From Octopus sinensis (taxonomy: Eukaryota): DNA of 64,000 nucleotides. The DNA lies in contig NC_042997.1 in assembly GCF_006345805.1 (NCBI RefSeq), positions 119,660,001-119,724,000 on the forward strand, given 5' to 3'. This document shows positions 28,065 through 41,030 of this stretch, one piece after another. The notes beneath the pieces are model-generated. The model made no database searches. It was not told where the DNA came from and saw only the letters and a program-made list of their open reading frames with translations. How positions within the stretch are numbered: the stretch's first letter is position 1; each line of letters opens with the position of its first letter. A program made the position numbers and the translations under genes.

Positions 28065-28359
28065 TGAAGTATATTTGCCACTTAAATGTGGCTAACACTT
28101 AAGGATGGATGCTGCTGTAGCTTGTAGCCCCAGGGGGACACCTCCTCCAGCTGGCTATTGACACACTTTCTGTACCCTGTCAGTATTTGCAAAGGGGAGC
28201 TAGGTTGAAGATGGGAAGGATGAATTCCCTTTGCAAATACTGATAGGGCACATAAATTTTGTCAATACAGCAGCTGGAAGAGGTGTCCTTCTGGGACTAC
28301 AAGTTACAGTAGCATCAACCCTTAAGGGTTAGCCGCATTTAGGTGGCAAATATACTTCA
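28065..28359. mobile_element. Foldback MITE (~295 bp, arms ~130 bp)
   Basis: TGAAGTATATTTGCCACTTAAATGTGGCTAAC.. / ..GTTAGCCGCATTTAGGTGGCAAATATACTTCA; half copy at 56732-56898. Confidence 0.8.
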
Positions 28360-28389
28360 GGATATATATATGTAACTATATATGAGATC

Positions 28390-28740
28390 CACTTAAAAAG
28401 GTGTTTTCGTCAGTCCGCGACTATAGTTGAAGATACTTGCTGAAGTTGTTAAGCAATGGACCTCAATCCGGAAACATGTCATTGAGAAGCAAACTACCTC
28501 CCAAACAGTTACGACTGCACCTATTCATATATATCTTTTTTTATTAATCTACTTTTTGAATCATTTGACTACAGTCATGCTCGTGCACATCCTTTAAAAG
28601 TTTTAGTCGAACAAACCGACCCCAGGAATTAACTTTTAAGTCTAATATTTATTCTATCGGTCCCTTTTGCAGAAATGGTAAGTTACAGGGATATAAACAC
28701 AACACCGATTGTTAAACGGTGATGGAGGACAAACACAGAC
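28390..28740 (-). mobile_element. Degenerate family A SINE pieces (head and 3' half)
   Basis: Similarity to the head and tail of the 31430 and 63201 SINEs. Confidence 0.5.
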
Positions 28741-29637
28741 ACAAATACACACACACATAGATGCATACATACATACATATACACACACGCACACACTCAC
28801 ATGTACTCGCACATACGCACACACACACATATACATATAATGAAAAGAAGACAAAGAAAATTCCTTAACACATCTTTAATTATAAATTATAAATTTTTCC
28901 GTACTACTTTTATTTGCAACACACGTTAACGCAGAAATTCTAAAAGAAAAATTACGTAATATTTGCGGCTTTAGGCATTGTGTTAGGAAGGTTCCGGAAG
29001 AAAATGAAAATCAAAAAAAAAAAAAAATTAAAAGTGTGTATGCTGGATGAGACTGTGGGGAATATATCATGTGTGTGTGTGTCTGTTTGTCGGGGGCGGG
29101 GAGGAATCAAGAGAGTGGATATGTTATTGTTAGGAAGGGTATAGAGAAGGAGGGATAGGACAACGATCAGAAGAAGACGAAAGAGAAGTAAAAGGAGAAA
29201 TGAAAGAAGAGAAGGGCAGAAAAGAAGGAGGAGGTGGGGAGAAGAAGTGCACGGAAAAAGAAGATGAACAGGAAGAAGAGGATGAAAGATAAGAAGAAGA
29301 CTGAGAATAAAGTGAAGGGGGAGAAGGAAATGCAGATGGCAGTGCTGCCTATGGCAAGACGATTTATCCAGTCGCATACTAGCAGGGTACGAGCCAGCAA
29401 AACAGGACCATTGTTACCAAAATTGGTTCCATGAAAGAATGTATTTGGCCACACACTGACAACTTAATGTGAAAGTATCTATTAAAGAGATAACTAGAAA
29501 ATTTTCCGGAGTCAAATGATGGGGATGTTTCATGCTGTAGGTTGTGGGGAGACCTGATTTACGAACTTACTTTGCTTCAGTATTAGGAGAGTAAGAAGTA
29601 AGAATAGTAAAAGATGAACATTCATGCACACACGCAT

Positions 29638-29726
<89 letters not shown>

Positions 29727-29802
29727 AATACTTACACAGGAACACATACATACACAAGCAGGTATATTCATACAAATACATACACAGATATGCACACACA
29801 AA

Positions 29803-29864
<62 letters not shown>

Positions 29865-30099
29865 CACATATATACTTGCATATATATTCGTACATACACT
29901 AGTCGTAATCTAATTACAAGTGGGACTGGTTAATATCGAACTATATGAAAATTATATTAATGAAAATTTTTTAAAAATAAAAGTAGGGGCGATACACATA
30001 TCTCTATCCACACTTGTCTATACCTACGCACACGATCTCACACATATATCCAAGCACATGCACGTATACACATCCATACCCACACATATGTATTTGTAC

Positions 30100-30275
30100 A
30101 TTCCTCTGGCTTCTTTCAGTTTCCGTCTACCGAATCCACTCACAAGATCCTGGTCGGCTCGGGGCTATAGTAGAAGACACTTGCCCAAGATGCCAAGCAG
30201 TGGTATTCAATCAGGAACCATGTAGTTGGGAAACCGGCTTCTTACCTTAGAGACACGCCTGTGCTCTTGCGCCTA
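30100..30275 (-). mobile_element. tRNA-headed SINE (family A), 5' half
   Basis: Reverse complement GGCGCAAGAGCACAGGCG..CATGGTTCCTGATTGAATACCACTG..TTGGGCAAGTGTCTTCTACTATAGCCCCG..GGTAGACGGAAACTGAAAGAAGCC. Confidence 0.75.
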
Positions 30276-30509
30276 TGTATGTGTGCGTATATATACATAT
30301 GTGTGTATTTGTGTGTGTATGTATCTATCAATATATATATGTATATATATATATGTCTACACACATATGCACACACACACATATACACATACATGCAAAT
30401 ACATACAAGCACACACGCAAATTCATACATACTCACATACGTACACACACGCGTACACACATATATTCGCATATATCTATATGTGTATGTATGTATGTAT
30501 ATATATATG

Positions 30510-30554
<45 letters not shown>

Positions 30555-31429
30555 AAGTAAATGTATATGTATAATATATATATATATGCATGTATGTATG
30601 AATGTATATATATATATGTTTATATATATATATGTTATATATATATAATATATATATATATATATGTTTCTAAGTACACATTGATTAATGTAATAAATAG
30701 TTATTGAGGACTCTTTTTCTGTGTATTCTTTTAGGTTTGTTAAATATATATAGTAACGATTATGATGCGCTGTAATGAATACTTGGTAATGACAATGTGA
30801 TATATTTACAAGATTTTACACTAAAAGCATTCATGAAAGGTATAGTGTACTATGATTTTTCCAGTGTATACTTTCACGTCAACCCTTTGAATTTTCCCAT
30901 ACAGGAATGAAATTTTATATTTAAATCTATTATTCCAGTTCATTTTCTCTGCTTCAAACAATTTGCGCAGACATTTCGACAAATAATGAACATTCAAATT
31001 GAAATGTTACTGTAATACAAATGATGATTTTAAATAGAAAAACAATTATTTATTTTGAACAGCATCACTAGCCACGTGGATAATATCATTTTGAATATAA
31101 AATAGCTGTTGAGCTGTTTCAGAAATACATTCATATAAAAGAACGTAGTGAATACTCATTAGTTTACAGAATATAAATTGCAATTTTGTTTTCAAGTGAT
31201 TGATGGAAATCTTATAATAAAACTTTTCAAAAAATATAATCGTATTCCATTATATCAGACTGATAAACACATAGTTCTCTGTCTTGTTGAATTTTGTTTA
31301 AGTTTCGAACGCTATTAAATATACATACACACCATCTGCCTGCATCCGTAGCTTATACTTTTATTAACATCTCTAACGTAATAGGGTTTATATTAAAATA
31401 TTTTAAACACCAAATGTTAACTACTTATA

Positions 31430-31835
31430 GGCGCAGAAGTGGCTGTGTGGTAAATAGCTTGCTTACCAACCACATGTTTCCGGGTTCAATCCCACTGCGT
31501 AGCACATTCGGCAGGTATCTTCTACTATACCTTCGGACCGACCAAAGCCTTGTGAGTGGATTTGGTAGACGGAAACCGAAAGATGCCCGTCGTATATATA
31601 TATATATTATATATATATTATATATATAATATATATAATGTTTGTGTGTCTGTGTTTGTCCCACAGCATCGCTTGACAACTGATGCTGGTGCGTTTACGT
31701 CCCCGTAACTTAGCGGTTCGGTAAAAGAGACGGATAGAATGAGTACTAGGTTTACAAAGAATAAGTCCTGGGGTCGATTTGCGCGACCAAAGGCGGTGCT
31801 CCAGCATGGCGAGAGAGTAAAAGTGTAAAAGAGAG
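31430..31835 (+). mobile_element. tRNA-headed SINE (family A), near full length, with internal (TA)n
   Basis: A-box-like TGGCTGTGTGG, B-box-like GGTTCAATCCC, internal AT microsatellite, tail AGTAAAAG repeats. Confidence 0.85.
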
Positions 31836-32054
31836 TATATATTTTAATTACGTAACGTTAACTATGGTTTTGTGTAGAAGAAAATACAGGAAGATCAGAT
31901 GTGATATTATTTAATATATTTTAGTCTGAGATTCAGAGACTTATTGCAACAGTCGTTCAGTTTTTCTAACCCTGTAAAGGAACTCGGAAAGCCTCTCGCG
32001 ATAACCTTAAAGCAAGGAAATTTTTTATCACCCTACCATTCCACACCTGTACGT

Positions 32055-32115
<61 letters not shown>

Positions 32116-32358
32116 CATGTGTGTATGTGTGCTTGTATGTATGCATAAATATATATATATGTATATGTGTATATGTGTGTATACGTATGCTATATATGTC
32201 AGAACATCCATTCATAGAGGACTTACATAACACGGAGAATGTGTTTTCTTTCATCTTGCTCAAGTTTCTGTTCTACCTAGTATTTACAAGTTAAAGTTAT
32301 GTTGCGTATAATTACCTTGCTTATAAAGTGATTGAAGATCAATATATGATTGTACGTA

Positions 32359-32402
<44 letters not shown>

Positions 32403-32811
32403 CATATATGTGTGTGTTTATGTGTGCCTGTGTGTATCTATGTGTGTGTGTGTTTGCGTGTGCGCGGATCTGTGTATGTCTGTGTAACTGTACATAAATA
32501 TAACGAACTTATGTCTGCCTGTATATGTGTATATCACCGTGACTGTCTGCAGACAGTTTTTAGTCTAAATAATTTGCTTTTAATAACGGAAGTAAAAACA
32601 ATTCCGGCTTCTATTTAGCACTTTAGTTTTTTTCACAGAAAATACTGACTAATTGTTTCAGACTTTTAGAGCCATCGGTAAGTAAATACAGGAAATTCTT
32701 TCTATACCATAATAATAAGTGCACTCTGCCAAAAACGCAATTATTTCTCTGTCTATAAATGTCGACGGAGGTCATGTATGGTTCAAGTAGTGTATACATA
32801 CAGAGAAATAC

Positions 32812-33010
<199 letters not shown>

Positions 33011-33210
33011 AACATTCATGCATATATGCTTGTGTATATTACACATATATGCATGTATATTTAGATATGTTTGTGTTTGTATGTGCGTGTGTTCATAATA
33101 CGTATGTGTAGGGAAAACACACAAACATATGTATGTGCATTTAACAAACCCATAAACGCACAAAGATATATACCAGCATTATATACAACAGCCTTGTTTC
33201 AAATATTTAC

Positions 33211-33320
33211 CCATCCAGCTGGGCAATGAATGATACCATCGAACAGCAAAGCACTATTTCACCGTGGGTTCGGTTCATCAGGTACCAACAACGGTTCAGT
33301 AGCTCGCATCCCAGTCTCAC
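33211..33320 (-). other. Candidate 110-nt exon
   Basis: CTAATTGTTTGTGTTTTAG|GTGAGA...GATGG|GTAAAT; GC-richer than flanks; frame 0 open (VRLGCELLNRCWYLMNRTHGEIVLCCSMVSFIAQLD), alternative frame ends ETGMRATEPLLVPDEPNPR*. Confidence 0.35.
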
Positions 33321-34214
33321 CTAAAACACAAACAATTAGCCTATACTAAACAATTAGTATAGACATATACTGGGCACACAGAGTGATATCGGTCGTCCCT
33401 GCCCCAATCAACACGTATTTGTGTGAGATAGAGCGTATGCGTGTGAGTCTGTGTGTGCGTTCGGCTGGGTGGGTGTATGATCTTCAGGCTAACACTGGTG
33501 ATTCTCGGATTTAGCGGTGTATTTTGTAATTTATTGTGTGTAGATCCTCATACCAGGGATCTTACGCTTTCGTTTCTTAAGTCAGTATCTTTTTTTTTCG
33601 TTTTCGTTCTCTGATTAAATGTATAGAGTGATGTGAGTTCTATTTGCATAATAATTATACAATTAAAATCTTGATGAAGCTGTGTTTTTGCATGTGATAT
33701 TACCTCTTGAAGATCCAAATATTTAACACAATACAATCTTGACTACATTAGAAAATTTCTAACGAATAATCATATTAAAAACACGCATGCACTTCAAAGA
33801 GTAACCAAAGAAAATGGCAGGAAAAAATCCGTCACCTGACGCCAAAACGGGGACCAATTAGCAAACAAAAATATGGGAAATCACCCATTGACATATATAA
33901 TTTGCCGCCAAAACGAATTTGTGCCATGAAACGCGCTAAAATTGATTCGTGAGATAAAAATCCCATTTTAAGTAATGAAAAATGTGTGCGCATGTGAGTG
34001 TGCCTGTATTGTGTGCGTGTCTGTTTATCCATGTGTGTAAAGACAAATTGAACATGCATTTGGAGTTTTAATAGAATTCATTCCCATTTACTTAATCAAT
34101 TTGACAATTCCTCGCTTTCCATAACAGCGAGCGAGCGAGCGAGAGAGAGAGAGAGAGGGGGGAGAGTGGGAGAGTGTGGGAGAGAGGGGAGATAGAGAGA
34201 TAGGGAGACAAAGA

Positions 34215-34790
34215 AGGAGTTCTGGAAAAATTTACAAAGTTGGCCAAACGTCAAATCTCATCACACATTCTGCACTTGTCTCTATCGGTATTGTTGTCAA
34301 TTCTACACATCATATAATTGGTCCTTAACGCTTGTTCCTGAGCTGCGCATAAGAGTTATTTTATCTCTATCTTCAGGTCGCTCCTCCTCATCCATAGCTA
34401 CCGGTCATCTGTCGCTGTCTTGACTTTCACATCTCTTGCAAATTGATCGCGCATTTTATTTCCATCCATGCTTTTTTTTTGTAAATTTCTTGTTAAATTT
34501 TTCTTTAGTTACATAATTTTCAGTTTTGATGACACCGGCCTCTTTCAAGTACTTCAGCAGTGGCTCCACGGCGTTTTTGCATACCACGCTAGTCTGATTT
34601 CCTCTCCTTCGATACAGTCCTGGCAACTGATCAAGTCTTCCCTTCCTTCTCGACGAGTAGGTCCTATCGGTGTCACTCTTAGTGTGAAAGACTGTGTACT
34701 GTCAAAATATTTTTGATATCGGTATGCATTTCCTTCACTTCTCTCTTTTTGATATTTCATAATTCCCATTCCATATCGACGTGTTCCTAT
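34215..34790 (-). mobile_element. R4/Dong-like LINE fragment (post-RT to zinc knuckle)
   Basis: REGREDLISCQDCIEGEEIRLAWY; WMRRSDLKIE..CAAQEQALRTNY..DKCRMCDE; upstream end abuts the (AAT)n(AAG)n(AAC)n tract. Confidence 0.75.
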
Positions 34791-34794
34791 CACC

Positions 34795-34893
34795 CAGTTA
34801 TTGTTGTTGTTGTTGTTGTTGTTCTTCTTCTTCTTCTTCTTCTTCTTCTTCTTCTTCTCCTTATTGTCATTATTATTTTTATTATTATTATTA

Positions 34894-34966
<73 letters not shown>

Positions 34967-34985
34967 TATTTTATTATCATTATTA
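34795..34985. repeat. (TTG)n(TTC)n(TTA)n compound microsatellite
   Basis: Direct reading. Confidence 0.9.
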
Positions 34986-35289
34986 TTTTCCGATTTATTT
35001 GCATTATATTTCATTTCTCGACCGGATCTCAAGCTAGTTTGTGGGTATAACCCTTCTTCGTCGGTACTGATTATTCCTGTCTGCTAGACACGCTTATATT
35101 AGATGATGCCTTAGGCACGCTTATATTAGATGAAAGCAAACTTCCTGAGAAAGTGGGCAATTGATATCAACACGATTATTTAATCCCATATATTATTGGT
35201 TTCGGATATATATTGCTACTTTGAATGTAAACTTGGAGTCTTACCGTGGCCGGTTATGAGAGTTTCATGCAGAATAAGGCCTCTACCGC

Positions 35290-35500
35290 CTTCCTTCTAC
35301 GGGAAATAGAGCCTGGGAATGACTGATGCTCGGTGGTGCATCCTGGTTATAGTCAGTAATTTCCTCGTCTTTATGTCCACACACTGCAAGTCACTCAGAT
35401 TCCAGTTGATGGTATGAAGACTATACAAGATAACTGAAACCGCTAGGGAGTTCATAGCTGCAATTCTATTATAGAAGAACCATTCTGACATGTCTATAAT
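35290..35500 (-). mobile_element. R4/Dong-like LINE fragment (thumb region)
   Basis: NRIAAMNSLAVSVILYS..INWNLSDLQCVDIKTRKLLTITRMHH....RLYFP. Confidence 0.75.
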
Positions 35501-36169
35501 ACTCTTTCAGTGATTTGTGTTTAATCCCTTTTCCTTTTTTTTTCCAAGATACTAATAAAAACATTCTTAATCCAGGTCATTGATACATGTAGCATGATCT
35601 AGTTGGGTCGTCGTACTAACTGTCAGTTTACCATGTTTGAACGAAACTTTTGCACACCAGTCATATTGATGTCATCGCTAAATATTTCACAGTTACTCGT
35701 AATCCTTTCAGAGCCTTGTTATCTTTTGCGTATGATATCAGACCGTCTATGCAGAGAAAGTGTGAACTGCAATTTTCAAACATTTTGCAACCGTGATTTG
35801 TTCTCTTTAGTTCGTAGGACAAGGGAATGAAGGAAAGACAGAAGAGGAGAAGGGATAATGAATCACTTTAGAATATTCCACGGGTTATTTTCATGTTCTG
35901 TGATACGTACAAGCCTTTCTCGCAGTTGCGAAACAATCCCGTGTCACAGAGACCCATACGGTGCTGCATTTTACGAAACATTTTACGAAAAGGGAGATGT
36001 TGTATATATGTAGTGCCTTGAAGATCCAGCTCTATGCGGGACATTGTCAAATATCTTACGTTTCCTCTTTTGGATGACGAATTTTAAAATATTATAGGGT
36101 TTTTTAATAGTTGCTCTACGCAGACGCATGAGTTTAGTTTGCACCATTTTTGTTCAAGAGGGAGGATGC

Positions 36170-36600
36170 TGTTTAACAATCGATAGTAAGCCCTGTTGTT
36201 GTTGGTCATTTTCTGCAAAAAGAAATGAAAATGAGATGATTTATATATTTATCAAACATTTTATGTTCGTGGTATACATCATCAAGCAATTTTGAGAGAG
36301 GTATTAAAGCTAGACATGTGGCTTTTCCGGGCTGATAGATATTCACCCTGGAAAATGCCACATTGAATTCTTACGTTTCCAGCATTAAGCGATTTATTTT
36401 CACTGTTCAAAGTTAGTGTAGTTCTCCATGATCTCATACTTACATATATGAAGTTTCGCAGAGTAGGTGCTATTTTATACAGTTCCAGACATTTCCGATT
36501 CCAGCTATGTGGTAGACTATCAAAAGCTTTTTTATAGTCTATCCAGGCTATTGACAAGTGTTTGTATCGTTTGTGACAATCTTCCTAAATCATCATATTT
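36170..36600 (-). mobile_element. 5'-truncated R4/Dong-like RT fragment adjoining (TAA)n
   Basis: IAWIDYKKAFDSLPHSW..CLELYKI..MRSWRTTLTL..IQCGIFQGE; FAENDQQQQGLLSIVKQ. Confidence 0.85.
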
Positions 36601-36607
36601 ATTATTA

Positions 36608-36690
<83 letters not shown>

Positions 36691-36695
36691 ATTAT

Positions 36696-37135
36696 TGAGT
36701 GAGAGAGCAGTGCATGCCATCAAAGTGAAACTGGGGTAAAATATACGAAGCTCAATATACCCATCATGACTACCCGTCTGATAAGGGTACACCAGGCATA
36801 TGCATCACAATTATATGTGCGTGACATGGTGATATCATATCAAGATAAACAGCGCATGATCTTGCAGGTGAGGCCCAGTTCGAATTTTCTTCTGGTTGAG
36901 TAACCCATCCCGATCAAAAGGTCTCTGAATAAGTGATGTTTAGGATGTTGAACGAACCACCCGTGTTTCCAAATGTGAATTATCCAAACCTCTAAGAACT
37001 CCTTTCAACACATGGCTATGATGCTCCCCCACTACTTCTGCTCGTGATCAGAGATGCACATGTGATCAGCCATTAAGTGACATGCTCAACTGGTTAAGGT
37101 CAAACAATTGACAAGCAAATCTGTGGTATTGAGCA

Positions 37136-37140
<5 letters not shown>
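36696..37140 (-). mobile_element. TAA-embedded ~520-bp repeat family, copy 1 (truncated)
   Basis: Homologous to 37512-37956 and 38329-38850; flanked by TAA/TTA arrays. Strand inferred from the (AAT)n tail. Confidence 0.7.
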
Positions 37141-37174
<34 letters not shown>

Positions 37175-37211
37175 CAATAATAATAGTAATAATAATAATA
37201 TGTAATAATAA

Positions 37212-37279
<68 letters not shown>

Positions 37280-37324
37280 TTATTAATATTATTATTATTA
37301 TCATTATTATTATTATTATCATTA

Positions 37325-37405
37325 TTCTATGTTTGACTTTTGCTTTATGTTTGTACAAGTTGGCTCTAAGTCTCACCCAGAGACCTCAAGAGACAACAGG
37401 TTGGA
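37325..37405 (-). mobile_element. ~80-bp repeat in a TTA array, probable LINE 3' terminus (identical copy at 38145-38225)
   Basis: Minus strand GTCTCTTGAGGTCTCTGGGTGAGACTTAGAGCC..GTCAAACATAGAATAATAAT. LINE origin is inference. Confidence 0.5.
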
Positions 37406-37457
37406 TTATTATTATTATTATTACTATTATTATTATTATCATTATTATTATTATTAC

Positions 37458-37511
<54 letters not shown>

Positions 37512-37512
<1 letters not shown>

Positions 37513-37956
37513 GAGTGAGAGAGCAGTGCATGCCATCAAAGTGACACTGGGGTAAAATATACGAAGCCCAATATACCCATCATGACTACCCGTCTGATAA
37601 AGGTACACCAGGCACATGCATCACAACCATATGTGCGCGACATGGTGATCTCATATCAAGATAAACAGCACATGACCTTGCAGGTGGGGCCCAGTTAGAA
37701 TTTTCTTCAGATTGAGTAGCCCATCCCGCTCAAACGGTCCCTGAATAAGGGTTGTTTAAGGATGTTGAACGAACCACCCGTGTTTCCAAATGTGAATTAT
37801 CCAAACCTCTAAGAACTCCTTTCAACACATGGCTATGATGCTCCCCCACTACTTCTGCTCGTGATCAGAGATGCACATGTGATCAGCCATTAAGTGACAT
37901 GCTCAACTGGTTAAGTCAAACAATTGACAAGCAAATCTGTGGTATTGAGCAGAATA
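37512..37956 (-). mobile_element. TAA-embedded repeat, copy 2 (chimera of copies 3 and 1)
   Basis: Left half matches copy 3, right half matches copy 1. Confidence 0.7.
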
Positions 37957-37976
37957 ATAATAATATAATAATAATA

Positions 37977-38014
<38 letters not shown>

Positions 38015-38328
38015 TAATAATAATAATATGTAATAATAATATTATTATTATTATCATTATTATATTATTATTATTTTATTATTATTATTTTTATTATTAT
38101 TATTAATATTATTATTATTATTTTTATTATTATTATTATCATTATTCTATGTTTGACTTTTGCTTTATGTTTGTACAAGTTGGCTCTAAGTCTCACCCAG
38201 AGACCTCAAGAGACAACAGGTTGGATTATTATTATTATTATTACTATTATTATTATTATCATTATTATTATTATTACTATTATTATATTATTATTATTAT
38301 TATATTATTATTTTATTATTATTATTAT

Positions 38329-38847
38329 TGAGTGAGAGAGCAGTGCATGCCATCAAAGTGACACTGGGGTAAAATATACGAAGCCCAATATACCCATCAT
38401 GACTACCCGTCTGATAAAGGTACACCAGGCACATGCATCACAACATATGTGCGCGACATGGTGATTCATATCAAGATAAACAGCACATGACCTTGCAGGT
38501 GGGGCCCAGTTAGAATTTTCTTCAGATTGAGTAGCCCATCCCGCTCAAACGGTCCCTGAATAAGGGTTTTTAAGGATGTTGAAAGAACCACCCATGTTTC
38601 CAGAGGTGAACTATTCAAACCCCAAAGAATCCCTCTCAACACATGGCTATGATGCTCCCCCACTACTTCTGCTCGTGATCAGAGATGCACATATTGTCAG
38701 CCACGAAGGGACATGCTCAACTGGTTAAGGTCAAACAACTGACAAGCAAATCTGTGGTATTGAGCAGAATATTTGCTGTAGCCCATCTTTTATACCAAGA
38801 CAAAACAATGTACATGATAACACTTCCAATCAGTTAAGATCAGAAGC

Positions 38848-38850
<3 letters not shown>
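38329..38850 (-). mobile_element. TAA-embedded repeat, copy 3 (longest)
   Basis: Extends to ..CAGTTAAGATCAGAAGCCAT, then (TTA)n to ~39050. Confidence 0.7.
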
Positions 38851-38889
<39 letters not shown>

Positions 38890-38933
38890 AACTATTATTA
38901 TTACTACTATTATTATTATTATTATTATTATTA

Positions 38934-38988
<55 letters not shown>

Positions 38989-39909
38989 CGCTATTATTAG
39001 TATTGTTATTTTTATTATTATTATTGCTGTTGCTATTATTACTATTAATATTCATGCTTTTCATCATGAGAAAGTACGTGTGCATTAATCATTGTTTTAT
39101 TTATGCTACTCAATTTTGGAAAAAAATCTGAAACACGTCTGATAATTCCGGAGTGTACTGTAACTACTTTGTATAGGACCTATGGCCCACAGTTATATTG
39201 ATTGTATCAACTATCAATATTATTTGGATGGAGGACACAGAGATGTTGAGTGGAATGTTTTGATGTTGAACGATGTTTTTGAGAAGTGAAAGCTGAACGC
39301 AAAATACCCTGGATGTTATACTTAGATTCTTTCATTTTACTTAGCAAAAACGGACCAAAATATAAAAAAAAATACAAGTCACGGAAAACGGATAGATTCA
39401 GGGTTTTCGGGTTAAAATCGATGTTATTTTATGGTCTCTTTTGTTAGGTACAGCTTGATGTTTGGTCAACATTCAACAGTGCAGGTGGGCATAAAGATTA
39501 AGCTTTTGGTTGAGAAAATGTAATGCGGAATTGTAAGCCATCTGAATATTGGACGTATCATGATGATTCGTACCAAGTTCCGTAGCCAATTTTCGGTTCT
39601 TATGGAAGCTGAGGGTGGCTACTTTGAGCAAAGTATTATATATCTGCCATAATGCAGTTTTTGATTGTTTGAAATACTTATATTTTCGGATGGGATATTA
39701 CAGTTTTATTTTTCCTTTATGCAAACTATAATTTTAGCCGGAAAACTCTGTAAATATAGGATAGTTGTGCTTTTTCTTTCATGCAAACTATCAATTACAT
39801 CGTAACACACTGCAAATATAGGAAATCAATCAAGCGATAACATCAGGTGTGTTTTCATGCTCACTTTTAAACTGAATACTGTCATTGTCAAACACGTAAA
39901 GCTACTTAC

Positions 39910-39993
39910 CTGAAATTTCAGTGCTAGACACCTCAACAGAACATTAGAGTCGAGGAAATTAGGCACAGGTCTAGGAGTCTCTTTGGAATGGTT
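39910..39993 (-). other. Candidate 84-nt symmetric exon
   Basis: TTTTCCAAAG| ... TTTCAG|GTAAGT; frame 0 open (NHSKETPRPVPNFLDSNVLLRCLALKFQ), the other two frames have stops. Confidence 0.3.
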
Positions 39994-40087
39994 CTTTGGA
40001 AAATCATGATATTGTGGGAAGAGTGTTAAATAATTGTAAACGCATAATTTCAAAATTTATATGTCTATTATTTAAAATAATTTTCTT

Positions 40088-40250
<163 letters not shown>

Positions 40251-40485
40251 AAATACTACTAACAATATAGGATGAAGTCCTTTCTCTACAGAAAAGGATT
40301 CCATCAAAAAGCGTGGCAGTATATTAAAAAAACCTTTACGGTTGAAGTATAATCATCTTATAATTAAGGGCTAAAGAGGGTTATTCTAAAGCCAATACAC
40401 TGATTTATCCACTTATAATCCACCGTTACAGGAAGATTGAACTGAAAGCGGGCAAGTAACCTTTAGAAAATTTAAATTCCGTTAT

Positions 40486-40545
40486 CTCTCTATTGAATCA
40501 ATTTCGGAATTAATCCTATAAAGGATACATTCTCCTTCAGTAGAG
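40486..40545 (-). ncRNA. Type I hammerhead motif, mutated copy
   Basis: CUCUA-CUGAAGG(A9>G)..CGAAA-UUG-AUU-CAA-UA-GAGAG (first stem I pair broken). Confidence 0.45.
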
Positions 40546-40970
40546 CTTACGAGGGAATATAAATAAAATACTCACATGTGATCATGGAAAAAGCAGAAGC
40601 TAAAAACATGACTACATTTAAGTACATTATTTATATCTAAAAATAAAAATTCCTTGGTCAGTTTCAGAACAACGTGTTGACCTTTCGCCGCTACATATTG
40701 TAATGGTTACCGGTCCCCTTGTAACAAGCAGTGAGTTTACTACTAACAATATAGGATGAAGTCCCTTCCTCTACAGAAAAGCATTCCATCAAAAAGCGTG
40801 GCAGTATATTAAAAAAACCTTTACGGTTGAAGTATAAATATCTTATAATTTTAGTGGAATAAACATCTTTTATTTTCAAATATAAATGATGTACTTAAAT
40901 GTAGTCATGTTTTTAGCTTCTGCTTTTTCCATGATCACATGTGAATATTTTATTTATATTCCCTCGTAAG

Positions 40971-41030
40971 CTCTACTGAAGAAGAATGTATCTTTTATAG
41001 GATTAATTCAGAAATTGATTCAATATAGAG
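40971..41030 (+). ncRNA. Type I hammerhead ribozyme motif, core intact
   Basis: Stem I CUCUA/UAGAG; core CUGAAGA; stem II GAAU..AUUC with inner hairpin; GAAA; stem III AUUG(AUU)CAAU; predicted cleavage after AUA at 41025. Confidence 0.65.

Noticed and set aside
28660-28685. Apparent 5-nt microexon CCTTTTGCAG|AAATG|GTAAGT
   Set aside because: Lies within a decayed SINE tail; the signals arise from mutations of the SINE consensus.
29330-29455. Minus-strand peptide FHGTNFGNNGPVLLARTL resembling an alpha-1,4-glycosyltransferase motif
   Set aside because: Only ~20 aa of similarity, in-frame stop just upstream, rest of the domain absent; likely chance.
36055-36215. Strong minus-strand acceptor and donor pair
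   Set aside because: The acceptor lies in R4 RT sequence (FAENDQQ..GLLSIVKQ), so it is transposon-derived.
36696-38850. Regularly spaced repeats reminiscent of a CRISPR-like array
   Set aside because: Units are ~450-520 bp eukaryotic repeats separated by microsatellites, not short repeats with unique spacers, and no cas genes are present.
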